A stretch of DNA of 64,000 bases, from positions 5,209 to 69,208 of the IMG/VR virus record IMGVR_UViG_3300025162_000006; one strand, 5' to 3'. Made by a program: the position numbers and the translations under genes. Shown piece after piece: positions 37,402 to 46,800 of the stretch (its first letter is position 1; every line of letters begins with the position of its first letter). Below the pieces are notes generated by a model. That model was given only the letters and a program-made list of their open reading frames with translations, was not told the origin of the DNA and did no database searches. Source of the DNA: a virus.

Positions 37402-39564
37402 ATGGAGAAATACGCCGAATTAAGAGATGCCCTCAATCAATTCAGGGAGTTATTCAGGAGAAAAATACTACCCTTTGATGCGATTAACGGGAACGGAGAC
37501 TTTCTCCGGAGAATGAGAACCACTGAGTCACCATGGACCGATTCGGAAGCCTCAAAGGTTTACTGGATTCTCAAACCATACACAGAGCGGTTGAAAATAG
37601 TGGGTTGCGATTTCCGCAGGGTTCCACTGGTCAAGATGGAGGTACAGAGATCGGAACAACCGCCAGTCAAGCAGATCACTTTTGTTGAACCTTACTTCGT
37701 TATCCATACTCCATACCGTCAGGAGATCATTGATGCAATCCGCAACCTCACTGGTCGGATATATCACTCCGAAACCAAAACATGGCGGGTGCCATTAGAT
37801 CAGGCTCAGAACCTACTTGACTTCGCAGCAAAATTCGGGTTCCTGATAGGGAACAAAGCAGAGAAGATCATGCGGGATATTCACACGAATGTAGCTGATA
37901 GCTATAAATCGGAGTATGTCGAATTGAATCTCCCTCTTAAACTTCCATTGTTCCCGTTCCAAACTGCGGGAGCGGATTATGCGATCAGGAATAAGCGGGT
38001 AATTATAGCTGATGAAATGGGGTTGGGTAAAACTGTTCAGGCAATCGCAACTACGCTCGGCACCGGTGCGTTTCCCGCACTGGTTATATGCCCGAAGTCT
38101 CTCCGGTATAACTGGCAAGATGAATGGAGTAAGTTTACAGATCACAAAGCAGAGGTACTGAATGCGAAGATCAATAAGAATCTTCCGGAGTATCTGCAAA
38201 TGGGCGTGTTTGATGTCGTTGTCACAAATTATGAGGGTATCGTAAGTTACTTCGCAAAAGAGATACAGGAGGTTATTCAACCAACTGAGGGGGAGATATT
38301 CGAAAAATGCAAAGTGAAGTATGTCGGTCCCCCGTTTGAAGGGTTTGACAAGGATGATAACCGATGGAAAAAGATGGAGGTTATTCAGGTTGACAAATCA
38401 CTGGTGACCGTTATCTTTGAAAAGGGTAAAAAAGGAATACCTGACAAAACGCTCGTATTTTCAATCAGTGATCTAAAAAAAGTCCGGATAATAAAAAAGC
38501 CAATTTTAAACGGTACAGAGAAGCTATTCCGAACAGTGATACTGGATGAGGGTCACGAGTGCAGAAATAAAACCACGATCAGGTATAAGGCCGTAGCGCA
38601 AGCATTCAAGGAAAAGGAGATCAGGCTCATTCTCTCCGGTACGCCGATCGTAAAAGGTCCGGAAGATATTGCTACCCTGATTGAATTACTCGGTCGTATT
38701 GACGAGTTCGGAGGGTATGCTGAATTCATTAAAACCTATACCGGTTTATCCGTTAAAGACTACGGAAAGGCAAAGAATAAGAAATACGATGCCGCAAGGT
38801 TACAGGCTCTCAATGTTAAACTTCGCACCAGTTGTTTCATCCGGAGGGAAAAGCATCAGGTATTAAAGGAATTGCCCGACAAATTCAGGCAGATAATCAA
38901 AGTCGACATTGACACTCAAACCGAATACACAACGGCATGGCTTGACCTGATGAATTACTTGGTAATGAAAAGCCGTACCAGTAAGGAGATTGAACGGGCA
39001 ATGAGAGCGGAGATGCTTGTGCGGTTGAACATATTGAAACAGATCAGTGGCAGGGGTAAGATTTCCGCTCTCAAAGAGTTTGCGGAATCATTACCTGACG
39101 GAGAAAAACTGATTGTATTCACATGGTTCTTGGAGACCTCTCAGGCTCTTAAAAAAGAGTTCCCGTTGGCAGTCTCGATAACCGGCCAGGATACCGATGA
39201 ACAGGTTGAGGCAAACAAGAAGAAGTTCCAAGAGGACCCCGATTGTCCGATGATTATTGTTTCGTATAAGAGAGGGGGGATGGGTCACACGCTAACCGCC
39301 TCGAGCAAGGTTGTTTTACTGGAATTGGGTTGGACTTATAAAGATCAGGTACAGGCAGAGGATAGAGCGCACAGGATAGGACAAAAGGAATCGGTTAACT
39401 GTTATTACATTTTGGGTAAGGATACCATTGACGAAGATATTTACCAAATCATTGAGTCGAGGCGAGAGATGGAGAAAAATGCAACCGGAGGGACCAGTGA
39501 TATTGAAACCTCTACGGTAGATGCACTCACTACAAAGTTGATAGGCATAGCGAATAAAAAATAA
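37402..39564 (+). CDS. SNF2-family helicase with N-terminal HARP-like domain
   Basis: IIADEMGLGKT, ILDEGH, LSGTP, GHTLTAS, QAEDRAHRIGQ; PYRQEIIDAIRNL.GR.Y....KTW. Confidence 0.92.
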   Translation: MEKYAELRDALNQFRELFRRKILPFDAINGNGDFLRRMRTTESPWTDSEASKVYWILKPYTERLKIVGCDFRRVPLVKMEVQRSEQPPVKQITFVEPYFVIHTPYRQEIIDAIRNLTGRIYHSETKTWRVPLDQAQNLLDFAAKFGFLIGNKAEKIMRDIHTNVADSYKSEYVELNLPLKLPLFPFQTAGADYAIRNKRVIIADEMGLGKTVQAIATTLGTGAFPALVICPKSLRYNWQDEWSKFTDHKAEVLNAKINKNLPEYLQMGVFDVVVTNYEGIVSYFAKEIQEVIQPTEGEIFEKCKVKYVGPPFEGFDKDDNRWKKMEVIQVDKSLVTVIFEKGKKGIPDKTLVFSISDLKKVRIIKKPILNGTEKLFRTVILDEGHECRNKTTIRYKAVAQAFKEKEIRLILSGTPIVKGPEDIATLIELLGRIDEFGGYAEFIKTYTGLSVKDYGKAKNKKYDAARLQALNVKLRTSCFIRREKHQVLKELPDKFRQIIKVDIDTQTEYTTAWLDLMNYLVMKSRTSKEIERAMRAEMLVRLNILKQISGRGKISALKEFAESLPDGEKLIVFTWFLETSQALKKEFPLAVSITGQDTDEQVEANKKKFQEDPDCPMIIVSYKRGGMGHTLTASSKVVLLELGWTYKDQVQAEDRAHRIGQKESVNCYYILGKDTIDEDIYQIIESRREMEKNATGGTSDIETSTVDALTTKLIGIANKK

Positions 39565-39586
39565 TTTTGATATTTATTAAAAATAA

Positions 39587-39628
39587 TTTTGATAATAATA
39601 AAAACAGTTGTAATTTTATCTGAAATTA
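39587..39628 (+). promoter_or_regulatory. second-class conserved upstream element, copy A
   Basis: TTTTGATAATAATAAAAACAGTT...CTGAAATTA, closely matched at 42138-42178. Confidence 0.55.
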
Positions 39629-39680
39629 GATTAAGCACAGTAGTTCATTCATTTATTTATTCACCTTAAACAATTACATT

Positions 39681-40811
39681 ATGGCAATTAAAATCATTCG
39701 TGAAGATGAACCCATGGGGGTTGACACACTGGTTGTGGTAATCTACGGAGAGCCCGGTATCGGCAAGACCTCACTTGCATTTACTTCCGATCATCCATTA
39801 CTGGAAGATTATGACGATGGATTAAAGCGGTCCGTTGGTCGTAAGACTGCGGTTAAATTTGATCGTTGGACTGATGCCGCTGATTTCCACAGAGGCGCAG
39901 AATTTCTCGCACTCGCTCCCCGCACCCTTATCTTTGATACGGCCGGTACATTACTGGATAACTTCATGGCTCAGTATGTCGGTACAACCGATGCCAAGAA
40001 TATCAGGGGTGGCGGTGAGTTAACCTTACAGGGATACGGCGCACTGAAAAACCTTTTCAAGCAATTCGTTGCAGAGATGAAAGGGAAAAAGATCAATTTA
40101 GTTTTCATTGCTCACACCGAAACAATGAAAGAGGGAGACAATGTAAAATTTCGCCCGAAAATGACCGGTGGTTCTTATGACATTCTCCTTGCGGAGGCTG
40201 ATATGGTCGGGTATATGGAGAGCAAGAATAACAAGCGCACCATCTCCTTTTATCCATCCGACAGAACCGTTGGGAAAAACACAGCAGAATTCCCTACCAT
40301 TGATGTTCCGCATTATACCGCTCCGGAGTACAAGACATTCCTTGCCGATCTCATTGAGCAAACGAAAGAAAAAATGTTGTTCATTAACGAAGCGCAACAG
40401 GAAGCCATTGAAAAGGTTGACAGATTCAGGGGAGAAATTGAGGCGTGTACTGATGTCTTTACCGAAATGCCGGCTTTACTGGCAGCGATCAATGAACTTT
40501 CTCCGGTTTACCGCACTCAGTTGTTATCCCTCTTTGATGGAGTGTACATGAGATTGTGGGATAACGAAGTCAATAAGGTGACCAAAGCAAAAGAGGCTCA
40601 GGGGTTACTGGTGGAGATCAATGCTACCCCGAAAAGTTATCTCGGCAAATTACAGGCAAAATTGTGGAAGCGGTGTCAGGATATATCCATTGGTTACGAT
40701 AAGGCCACAAACCAATTTTTAGACGGTACCGCACCAGTAAAACCGGCACCTGATAAGAAGGCTCCCCCCAAGGCGCAGGGTTCGGGAGATGGCACTATTC
40801 CACTGGAATAG
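39681..40811 (+). CDS. Sak4-like (AAA_24) recombination ATPase
   Basis: IYGEPGIGKTS Walker A; LIFDT; LVFIAH; ADMVGY. Confidence 0.85.
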   Translation: MAIKIIREDEPMGVDTLVVVIYGEPGIGKTSLAFTSDHPLLEDYDDGLKRSVGRKTAVKFDRWTDAADFHRGAEFLALAPRTLIFDTAGTLLDNFMAQYVGTTDAKNIRGGGELTLQGYGALKNLFKQFVAEMKGKKINLVFIAHTETMKEGDNVKFRPKMTGGSYDILLAEADMVGYMESKNNKRTISFYPSDRTVGKNTAEFPTIDVPHYTAPEYKTFLADLIEQTKEKMLFINEAQQEAIEKVDRFRGEIEACTDVFTEMPALLAAINELSPVYRTQLLSLFDGVYMRLWDNEVNKVTKAKEAQGLLVEINATPKSYLGKLQAKLWKRCQDISIGYDKATNQFLDGTAPVKPAPDKKAPPKAQGSGDGTIPLE

Positions 40812-41533
40812 TGATTAACATTTCCGTTTCACCGTCAAAGGTTGAAAACTTCCGGAAATTTTATGACGAAGAACTCAAAGGTATTGTAACAGAGGAGGCG
40901 GTGGTGCAGTCAATCATGGGCACCACGCCATGGAAACCCGCAATGATCTTCGGAAGCGCCTTTCATAAAATTTTAGAGGTTGACGCCAGCCAGTTCTATA
41001 ATCCTAAAACCGGATTGTATGTTGTTCAAGACGATCAAATGCCTGAACCTATCACTATGGTTCAATCCGAGGTCGATGTTGCGAACAAATACAGGGAGTC
41101 ATATCCTCACATGATTCATGAGATTAAATGCCACTACCGTACGCTAATTGGCAAATACGATGTCAGGGTTAATATGAGAATAGACGGCATGAGTGGGATT
41201 GTAGTTCATGAAAAGAAAACAACCTCAAAGTCTCCCGAAGTCGGAAATTACGAACGATCAGTACAATGGAAATTCTACGCCCTGGCAACGGAGTGCAGGG
41301 TTATCCAGTACGATATATTTCAGATCAAAGAGTATAAGTCCGGACCGAGAGAGATCACACACATACCGTTTCAATTCTTTCCTTATGCTGAAATGAAAGG
41401 AGATGTTGACCGGTGGATTATGCACCTGATAAGGTTTGCGGAAGATCGTAATTTACTTGACTACCTGATTCCCAAATGGGATAACGAAGATCTATTCCCT
41501 GTATCAAATGAGACGATCTTCGGAACAACATAA
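40811..41533 (+). CDS. PD-(D/E)XK exonuclease (RecE/Cas4-like)
   Basis: SPS; FGSAFH; RIDG...HEKKT; QW.FY; GTG start overlapping the previous stop. Confidence 0.75.
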   Translation: MINISVSPSKVENFRKFYDEELKGIVTEEAVVQSIMGTTPWKPAMIFGSAFHKILEVDASQFYNPKTGLYVVQDDQMPEPITMVQSEVDVANKYRESYPHMIHEIKCHYRTLIGKYDVRVNMRIDGMSGIVVHEKKTTSKSPEVGNYERSVQWKFYALATECRVIQYDIFQIKEYKSGPREITHIPFQFFPYAEMKGDVDRWIMHLIRFAEDRNLLDYLIPKWDNEDLFPVSNETIFGTT

Positions 41534-41795
41534 TTACGAATGGTTGTGTTACCGGATTATCGCAGCAGAGACCGGTGACACAACCTATTCCGTTTACACT
41601 GCATTCGTAAAACACTTTTTAAAAGAGGTTGACGAAAATGGAAAGGTTCACTACCGGAAACCTACCTCACTGGAAGATTGGGAGCATTCAATTTATATGC
41701 AACAAATTCATCACTTCATTGCTCAATTTTATCCTGATTTCGTTTGGCCTGAAAAGAATGACATTATGCAACCAGTATTTAAAAACATTGAATAA
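41508..41795 (+). CDS. NinB-like protein
   Basis: RRSSEQHNYEW...PTSL...S.YM..I pattern. Confidence 0.55.
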   Translation: MRRSSEQHNYEWLCYRIIAAETGDTTYSVYTAFVKHFLKEVDENGKVHYRKPTSLEDWEHSIYMQQIHHFIAQFYPDFVWPEKNDIMQPVFKNIE

Positions 41796-41810
41796 TCTAA
41801 AATTACGATC

Positions 41811-42122
41811 ATGAAAAAAGAAACGTTCATAAAAGCAAAAAAAATAATCACATTAATTGAGGACCTGAAAGAAATAACAAAGTCTCATTATTCGCAGGAA
41901 GATGGACTCAATATTGAGATTACTTCATATCAAAGGGGTCCAAAGAACTTTAATGTAAGTACCTCACATACCGTTTACGGAGAGGTTGACGGGTTGAAAG
42001 AAAAGATCAGTGAGCGGTTGTCAGATGCTTGTTTATTCGTGCAGATGGATATTGATAAGGCTATTAAGAAACTGGAAAAGGAACTGGCCGAGTTACAGGA
42101 TATTCCGGATGATCTCGAATAA
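41811..42122 (+). CDS. hypothetical protein
   Basis: ORF in operon. Confidence 0.65.
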   Translation: MKKETFIKAKKIITLIEDLKEITKSHYSQEDGLNIEITSYQRGPKNFNVSTSHTVYGEVDGLKEKISERLSDACLFVQMDIDKAIKKLEKELAELQDIPDDLE

Positions 42123-42137
42123 TTTTTTTGAGACCAG

Positions 42138-42178
42138 TTTTGATTAATATAAAAACAGTTTTATATTCGCTGAAATTA
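42138..42178 (+). promoter_or_regulatory. second-class conserved upstream element, copy B
   Basis: TTTTGATTAATATAAAAACAGTT.TATATTCGCTGAAATTA just before the initiator gene. Confidence 0.55.
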
Positions 42179-42183
42179 TCTAA

Positions 42184-43128
42184 ATGATTACCGGAGGTTA
42201 TTACATAAAAGCACGATTCATAAAAAGCAGTAATGTGGCAAAGTCTCCCCCGCATGTTAGAGAAACATGGGATTATCTTTTACGGGAAGCAAGTCACACA
42301 GAACAAAGGTATCAGGGATTTAAGGTAGAGAGGGGTCAGGTATTCCGTTGTTATCAGGATATTAGAGAGGCGTTAGCGTGGTATGTAGGGTATCGGAAAG
42401 TGATGTACAGTGAAGCTAATATCAAAAAGGCAATGGAATTTCTCAGGCATGAGAAAATGATTGAGACGGTGAGATACCCCGGGGGAGTGCTCATTACTGT
42501 ATTGAACTATGCATACTATCAAGACCCAAAGAATTATGAAAAAGATCAGGGTTACGATAGAACTAATGAAAGTACCACTGAAAGGACTAATGAAAGAACT
42601 AACGAAAGAACTAAGGCAGAAATCGGAAAACCCCGTCAGAAGCGGGAAAGGAAGGGTAAGAAAAAAGACGAGAGTACCAGTGAAAGGACTAATGAGAGTT
42701 CCAGTGAAAGGACTAATGAAACAGCCACTATTACAATAACGGAAGAACAAAAAATTAAAGAATTAAATTCTTCGGCGGTGGCTCCGCCCCCCGCCGTTGA
42801 GTCAATCGTAACAAAGATCAGGATTGTATTTGAAGAATTCTATACCAGTAAAAAGCCTAATGAAAAATATTATTACGCTCCGATGGATGCAAAGCACACA
42901 AAGGAATTGGTTAAAAAATTATCGTACCGGTTGAAGAATAAAGTACCGCCAAAAGAACCGAATGATGAAAATGTCATTGAGTCATTCAAAGGGTTACTGG
43001 CTATGCTCCCGAAATGGCATATTGAAAATCTCTCACTGGTAAATATCAATTCAAAGTTTAATGAAATTGTTTCATCCCTCACGAAAAGCAAACCCAAAAC
43101 AAAAGATATAAATGGAATCAGCTATTAA
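42184..43128 (+). CDS. replication initiator protein
   Basis: GGYYIKAR...YLLREASH...ERGQ...ITVLNY..YQ N-terminal domain typical of phage replisome organisers; precedes a loader ATPase. Confidence 0.8.
   Translation: MITGGYYIKARFIKSSNVAKSPPHVRETWDYLLREASHTEQRYQGFKVERGQVFRCYQDIREALAWYVGYRKVMYSEANIKKAMEFLRHEKMIETVRYPGGVLITVLNYAYYQDPKNYEKDQGYDRTNESTTERTNERTNERTKAEIGKPRQKRERKGKKKDESTSERTNESSSERTNETATITITEEQKIKELNSSAVAPPPAVESIVTKIRIVFEEFYTSKKPNEKYYYAPMDAKHTKELVKKLSYRLKNKVPPKEPNDENVIESFKGLLAMLPKWHIENLSLVNINSKFNEIVSSLTKSKPKTKDINGISY
42556..42720 (+). repeat. iteron-like repeats (putative replication origin)
   Basis: About six copies of GAAAG(G/A)ACTAA(T/C)GA in two clusters within the initiator gene. 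Confidence 0.7.
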
Positions 43129-43816
43129 GAATCATTTTCAGGCTCTCACTGATGCGATCAGGAGAACCCGTACCAAACGGCCGGTTGTCAATTACGATAT
43201 GGAGGTAGTGAAAAAACAGATCACTGCAATAGGAAACGGTTATATCAGGGATTTTAAAATTGACGAGTATAATGTTAAACAGATTGAGAACATTATCCGC
43301 TACTTTTACTTTGACCCGAACTTTGAGGGAGAACCTGAAAAGGGATTGCTCCTGATTGGGCCAAAGGGTACAGGGAAAACACTTATCATGGTTATCATGC
43401 AGAAGCTATTAACAATGCTGAAAAAACAATTCATGGTAGATGGGTACGATGAAAATTGTAACACCTTCGGTATTGAACCTACGCACAGGATTACCGCAGC
43501 TTACGAATCAACAGGGCACCCGGGCATAATGAAATACACTGAAAAGAACATTTTTTGTTTTGATGATCTCGGAGAGGAAGAAAAGCTATGTAAGTATTAT
43601 ACCAACGAGATCAATGTCATGGCAAAGGTTCTTACTGACCGGTATTTTAATTTCGTCACAAAGGCATTGATCACACACGCAACCAGTAATTATCCATTGG
43701 TGGATACTAAAACCGAAGCGCATTATTATTTAGATTTCTACGGTGCAAGGGTTGAAGATCGCATGACCGAGATGTTTAATGTTATTGTTTTCAAAGGTAA
43801 TAGTCGCAGAAAATGA
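43112..43816 (+). CDS. DnaC/IstB-like helicase loader ATPase
   Basis: GLLLIGPKGTGKT; FDDLGEE; TSN; YGARV.DR..EMF. Confidence 0.85.
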   Translation: MESAIKNHFQALTDAIRRTRTKRPVVNYDMEVVKKQITAIGNGYIRDFKIDEYNVKQIENIIRYFYFDPNFEGEPEKGLLLIGPKGTGKTLIMVIMQKLLTMLKKQFMVDGYDENCNTFGIEPTHRITAAYESTGHPGIMKYTEKNIFCFDDLGEEEKLCKYYTNEINVMAKVLTDRYFNFVTKALITHATSNYPLVDTKTEAHYYLDFYGARVEDRMTEMFNVIVFKGNSRRK

Positions 43817-44076
43817 AAATGGAATTTGATTATCTCGAATTTGTACAGATACCGCACACCGGTAAAACCCTGAAATATTATTGCAAGAATAAGCGATCAG
43901 GAGTTATCCTTGGATATGTACAGTGGTATGGAGCATGGAGACAGTATTGCTATGTGACAATTCATGATGCAATTTATAGTCGGGGATGCTTACTGGATAT
44001 AGATTTCTTCATAAAACAAGTAACTACCGAATATGATAATATCAGAAAAAACAAAAAGGGTATTGGAAATACTTAA
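43813..44076 (+). CDS. hypothetical phage protein
   Basis: LG.VQWYGAWRQYC...CL.DI..F recurrent motif. Confidence 0.7.
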   Translation: MKMEFDYLEFVQIPHTGKTLKYYCKNKRSGVILGYVQWYGAWRQYCYVTIHDAIYSRGCLLDIDFFIKQVTTEYDNIRKNKKGIGNT

Positions 44077-44341
44077 TGTTCCATTCGGGAAAGGGTTATC
44101 CGCAAGGGAGTTTTCAGATCAAATGTGGCCTGATAGTCCCGCAAGGAATCGCTCTTACAATGTCGGTAATGGTGCTACTCATGGAGCGGGTTTGTGGAAG
44201 TCTGCCGGTAGCTATCTTTCGAGATTGAGAAAAACCGGATTGATCAGGGATTCATTCGGAGAGGATGGATACTCACTACAAAGGAAATGGAGAATAACAG
44301 AATTGGGTATTAAAACATTGAAAGATGCCGATGCTAATTAG
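44033..44341 (+). CDS. small winged-helix-like protein
   Basis: YLSRLRKTGLI...WRITELG. Confidence 0.6.
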   Translation: MIISEKTKRVLEILNVPFGKGLSAREFSDQMWPDSPARNRSYNVGNGATHGAGLWKSAGSYLSRLRKTGLIRDSFGEDGYSLQRKWRITELGIKTLKDADAN

Positions 44342-44498
44342 GACTGAGAAAGGAACCGAGGGCGTTGTTCTTGAAATGGTTGGAACAAAATTGCTCTGCG
44401 AAAAGACTGACAAAGATCACCGGAAAACCGGAGTGAAATTTGCGGTTGAACATACAAAGGTTGAAACCATTGGATACATTGATTACCCTAAAAGATAG
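44325..44498 (+). CDS. hypothetical 57-aa protein (below ORF-track cutoff)
   Basis: MPMLIRTEKG...IGYIDYPKR fills the gap between neighbours. Confidence 0.5.
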   Translation: MPMLIRTEKGTEGVVLEMVGTKLLCEKTDKDHRKTGVKFAVEHTKVETIGYIDYPKR

Positions 44499-44502
44499 CA
44501 TT

Positions 44503-44703
44503 ATGAAAGAGGTTACACAAGATCAGTTTTATCAGTTCATTGGTCCGCTCGATGTCACAGTAGGCGCTATTGGCAATTATCCGTACACTACGGAATTCAG
44601 AATGAGGCGCAGTAGGGAGTTAATGGGTAAGGTGGTTGAAAATTATTCTGATGAATTGGAACACCATTACCCGATAGTGAAAAAGTATTTCATTAATAAC
44701 TAA
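44503..44703 (+). CDS. hypothetical protein
   Basis: Likely start MKEVTQDQF at 44503. Confidence 0.6.
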   Translation: MKEVTQDQFYQFIGPLDVTVGAIGNYPYTTEFRMRRSRELMGKVVENYSDELEHHYPIVKKYFINN

Positions 44704-44721
44704 AATAAAGCGGTACAGAGC

Positions 44722-45207
44722 ATGATAACAAAAAAGTTATATATCGGTATAGATGGAGGCAGGGAAACCGGCCTCGCTACATGGAACAGCGCAGAACAGG
44801 CATTCTCCGAAATACTCACTACCGATTTTTGGGGAGCGATTGACCGGATAGAATACTGGGCTCAGTATTGCCTATTGAGTGCATTGGAGTTAACGGTTGT
44901 CATTGAGAACCCTGCCGGCAATTCTCCGGTATTCAAAATTGACGGAGTGTATTCCGCAACCAACGGGAACCATCATGTCAAGCTGGCTGCTGCCGGATTT
45001 GTCGCTTCCTCTATTGGGTCCGTTAAAAGGGAATCGGAGTTACTGATTGAATACTGCAAAAAACATAAAATTATTTACAGGGCGCTCACGCCAGGAAAGC
45101 GATCTTTGACAAAACTGGATGCTGAAAAGTTTGAGCGGTACACAGGATATAAAAAACGAATATCGCAGCATGGGAGAGATGCTGCCATGTTGGTATTTCA
45201 ATTTTAG
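44722..45207 (+). CDS. RuvC-like Holliday junction resolvase
   Basis: YIGIDGG..TGLA, VVIENP, HGRDAAML. Confidence 0.7.
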   Translation: MITKKLYIGIDGGRETGLATWNSAEQAFSEILTTDFWGAIDRIEYWAQYCLLSALELTVVIENPAGNSPVFKIDGVYSATNGNHHVKLAAAGFVASSIGSVKRESELLIEYCKKHKIIYRALTPGKRSLTKLDAEKFERYTGYKKRISQHGRDAAMLVFQF

Positions 45208-45240
45208 TTCTCTCATTTATTAACCCTTAATTTTATCTTT

Positions 45241-45936
45241 ATGTTCATTACAAATTTGAAAATCATTGTCGCAACTGATGTCAATGAGAAAGTGTTCAAA
45301 GCACTTATGAAACGGCTCTCCGACAAAGCCAAAAAGGAAATGGAGAATGTTACCGGAGTAGCATTTCCCGCAGTGAAGGAACCATACCTCCACTTTGAAA
45401 ACAAGTTTAACATTCCGTTTGCGGACCTCAATGCACTGTTCATGTCAGAGGATGAAAAGATCGTTTTCAGGGCGATCGGTGACGAGATGGTACAGGTGCC
45501 CGGATTCACTTTCAAATCAATTCAGGTACCGCTCACTCCGGAACAAAAGGAAGAAGTCGGAACGGATATGTGCAAAGTGTTGGAGGAAACCGAACAGATT
45601 GAGGCCGACAAAAAAGAACACAGTAAGCAGTGCGCTCTCAAAATTGAGAAACTTGATGTTCAAATGGCCGAACTCGCCACTCGTTTCCGCAGGGGATATG
45701 ACGACAAAGAGATCAAATGCGTTGTGCAAATGGACTTCGCTACCAAAGTGAAGAACTACCTCAATGAACAAACCGGAGAGGTCATTGCCAGTGAGGAACT
45801 TCAACCGAGCGATTTTCAAATGAGGATTGATTATATCCCGGGCGTTTCTGCGGAGGTACTGATTGGTGAAGAAAACACCGGAGATGCTCTCCCGTTTCCA
45901 GTGGTAGAACCGGAAGATGATGAATTGCCAATGTAG
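45241..45936 (+). CDS. hypothetical protein
   Basis: 231 aa with coiled coil and acidic tail. Confidence 0.7.
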   Translation: MFITNLKIIVATDVNEKVFKALMKRLSDKAKKEMENVTGVAFPAVKEPYLHFENKFNIPFADLNALFMSEDEKIVFRAIGDEMVQVPGFTFKSIQVPLTPEQKEEVGTDMCKVLEETEQIEADKKEHSKQCALKIEKLDVQMAELATRFRRGYDDKEIKCVVQMDFATKVKNYLNEQTGEVIASEELQPSDFQMRIDYIPGVSAEVLIGEENTGDALPFPVVEPEDDELPM

Positions 45937-45942
45937 TCCTTT

Positions 45943-46089
45943 GGGAGTGATCTCGTCGACATGAGGCTCATACCCTCACAGACGATAAAATGTAGGTGAG
46001 AATCCTATTCCGTCAAATGGCTGAAAAATCCATGTCAGAGGCCAGCTTACTATCGTAAGTGCGGAAAGGTATAGATCACTCCCTTTTTT
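45943..46089 (+). ncRNA. putative structured RNA with tRNA-like arms
   Basis: 11-bp closing stem plus U-tract enclosing four hairpins, including TGAGG-CTCATAC-CCTCA and GTAGG-TGAGAAT-CCTAT. Confidence 0.55.
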
Positions 46090-46176
46090 AAAACATTGAG
46101 GGACCGGTGGGGTGGGTATCTTAAATACTCCGTTACGCCACTCCATCGTTACCCCTCAAACCTTAAACCCCAAAAT

Positions 46177-46515
46177 ATGAAAACAGACGAAGTGAAACAA
46201 GTTGTTACAGTTATTTTGAACCATTGCGAAATGACAGAATCTCAGGCTCTATTCTTCAATAACGGGAGACGGTCAAATGGAAAAGTATCAAGGGCAAGGC
46301 ACCTGATAAAATATTTTCTGTATTTCCATTGTAAGCTATCTACGCCTCAGATAAGTAGGGAGATGGAGGATATATCTACCGGATTTGACCACGCCTCTAC
46401 CCTGTACAGTATTGGAATTGTGAGAGCGCAAAAGAAATATTTCTTCAATGACCTGATTGCGATCAAAGAACTATTAACACCGGTAGAGGAACCGGTTGCG
46501 GAACTGGTTGCCTGA
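46177..46515 (+). CDS. DnaA C-terminal-like HTH protein
   Basis: VSRARHLIKY...LSTPQIS...DHASTLYS; likely start MKTDEV at 46177. Confidence 0.7.
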   Translation: MKTDEVKQVVTVILNHCEMTESQALFFNNGRRSNGKVSRARHLIKYFLYFHCKLSTPQISREMEDISTGFDHASTLYSIGIVRAQKKYFFNDLIAIKELLTPVEEPVAELVA

Positions 46516-46569
46516 AATAAATTTTGACAGTATTAAAAATTGTTTTTTATTTGTATAAAAATTGATAAG

Positions 46570-46800
46570 ATGAAAGTAGTTACATTGAATACGGTTACAC
46601 TGGATACAGTGTTGACGATGGGGGAATTTGTTAAACAAGTGCGGGAGCGGACCGGTAACACTAAAATCTCCAATCAAACAATTCATTATCATTTGAATCA
46701 TACGGATGAACTGGACTTCATTGACTGGTGCGGGATGAAATTAATTGTTATGAATGAGAAAGCGAAACGGTTTAATCCCGGCCAGTATTACAAGAATTAA
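46570..46800 (+). CDS. small putative DNA-binding protein
   Basis: LTMGEFV...ISNQTIHYHL HTH-like; likely start 46570. Confidence 0.55.
   Translation: MKVVTLNTVTLDTVLTMGEFVKQVRERTGNTKISNQTIHYHLNHTDELDFIDWCGMKLIVMNEKAKRFNPGQYYKN

Noticed and set aside
38255-38515. Intein in the SNF2 helicase
   Set aside because: Too short and lacks the terminal His-Asn followed by Cys/Ser/Thr splice junction.
42556-42720. CRISPR-like or mini-array
   Set aside because: Repeats are 12-24 bp, in frame within a coding gene and lack unique ~30-bp spacers; iterons fit better.
45962-46016. Canonical tRNA-Met gene
   Set aside because: No D-arm, no upstream acceptor strand, no TTC in the T-loop and no CCA; kept only as a tRNA-like element of a larger structure.
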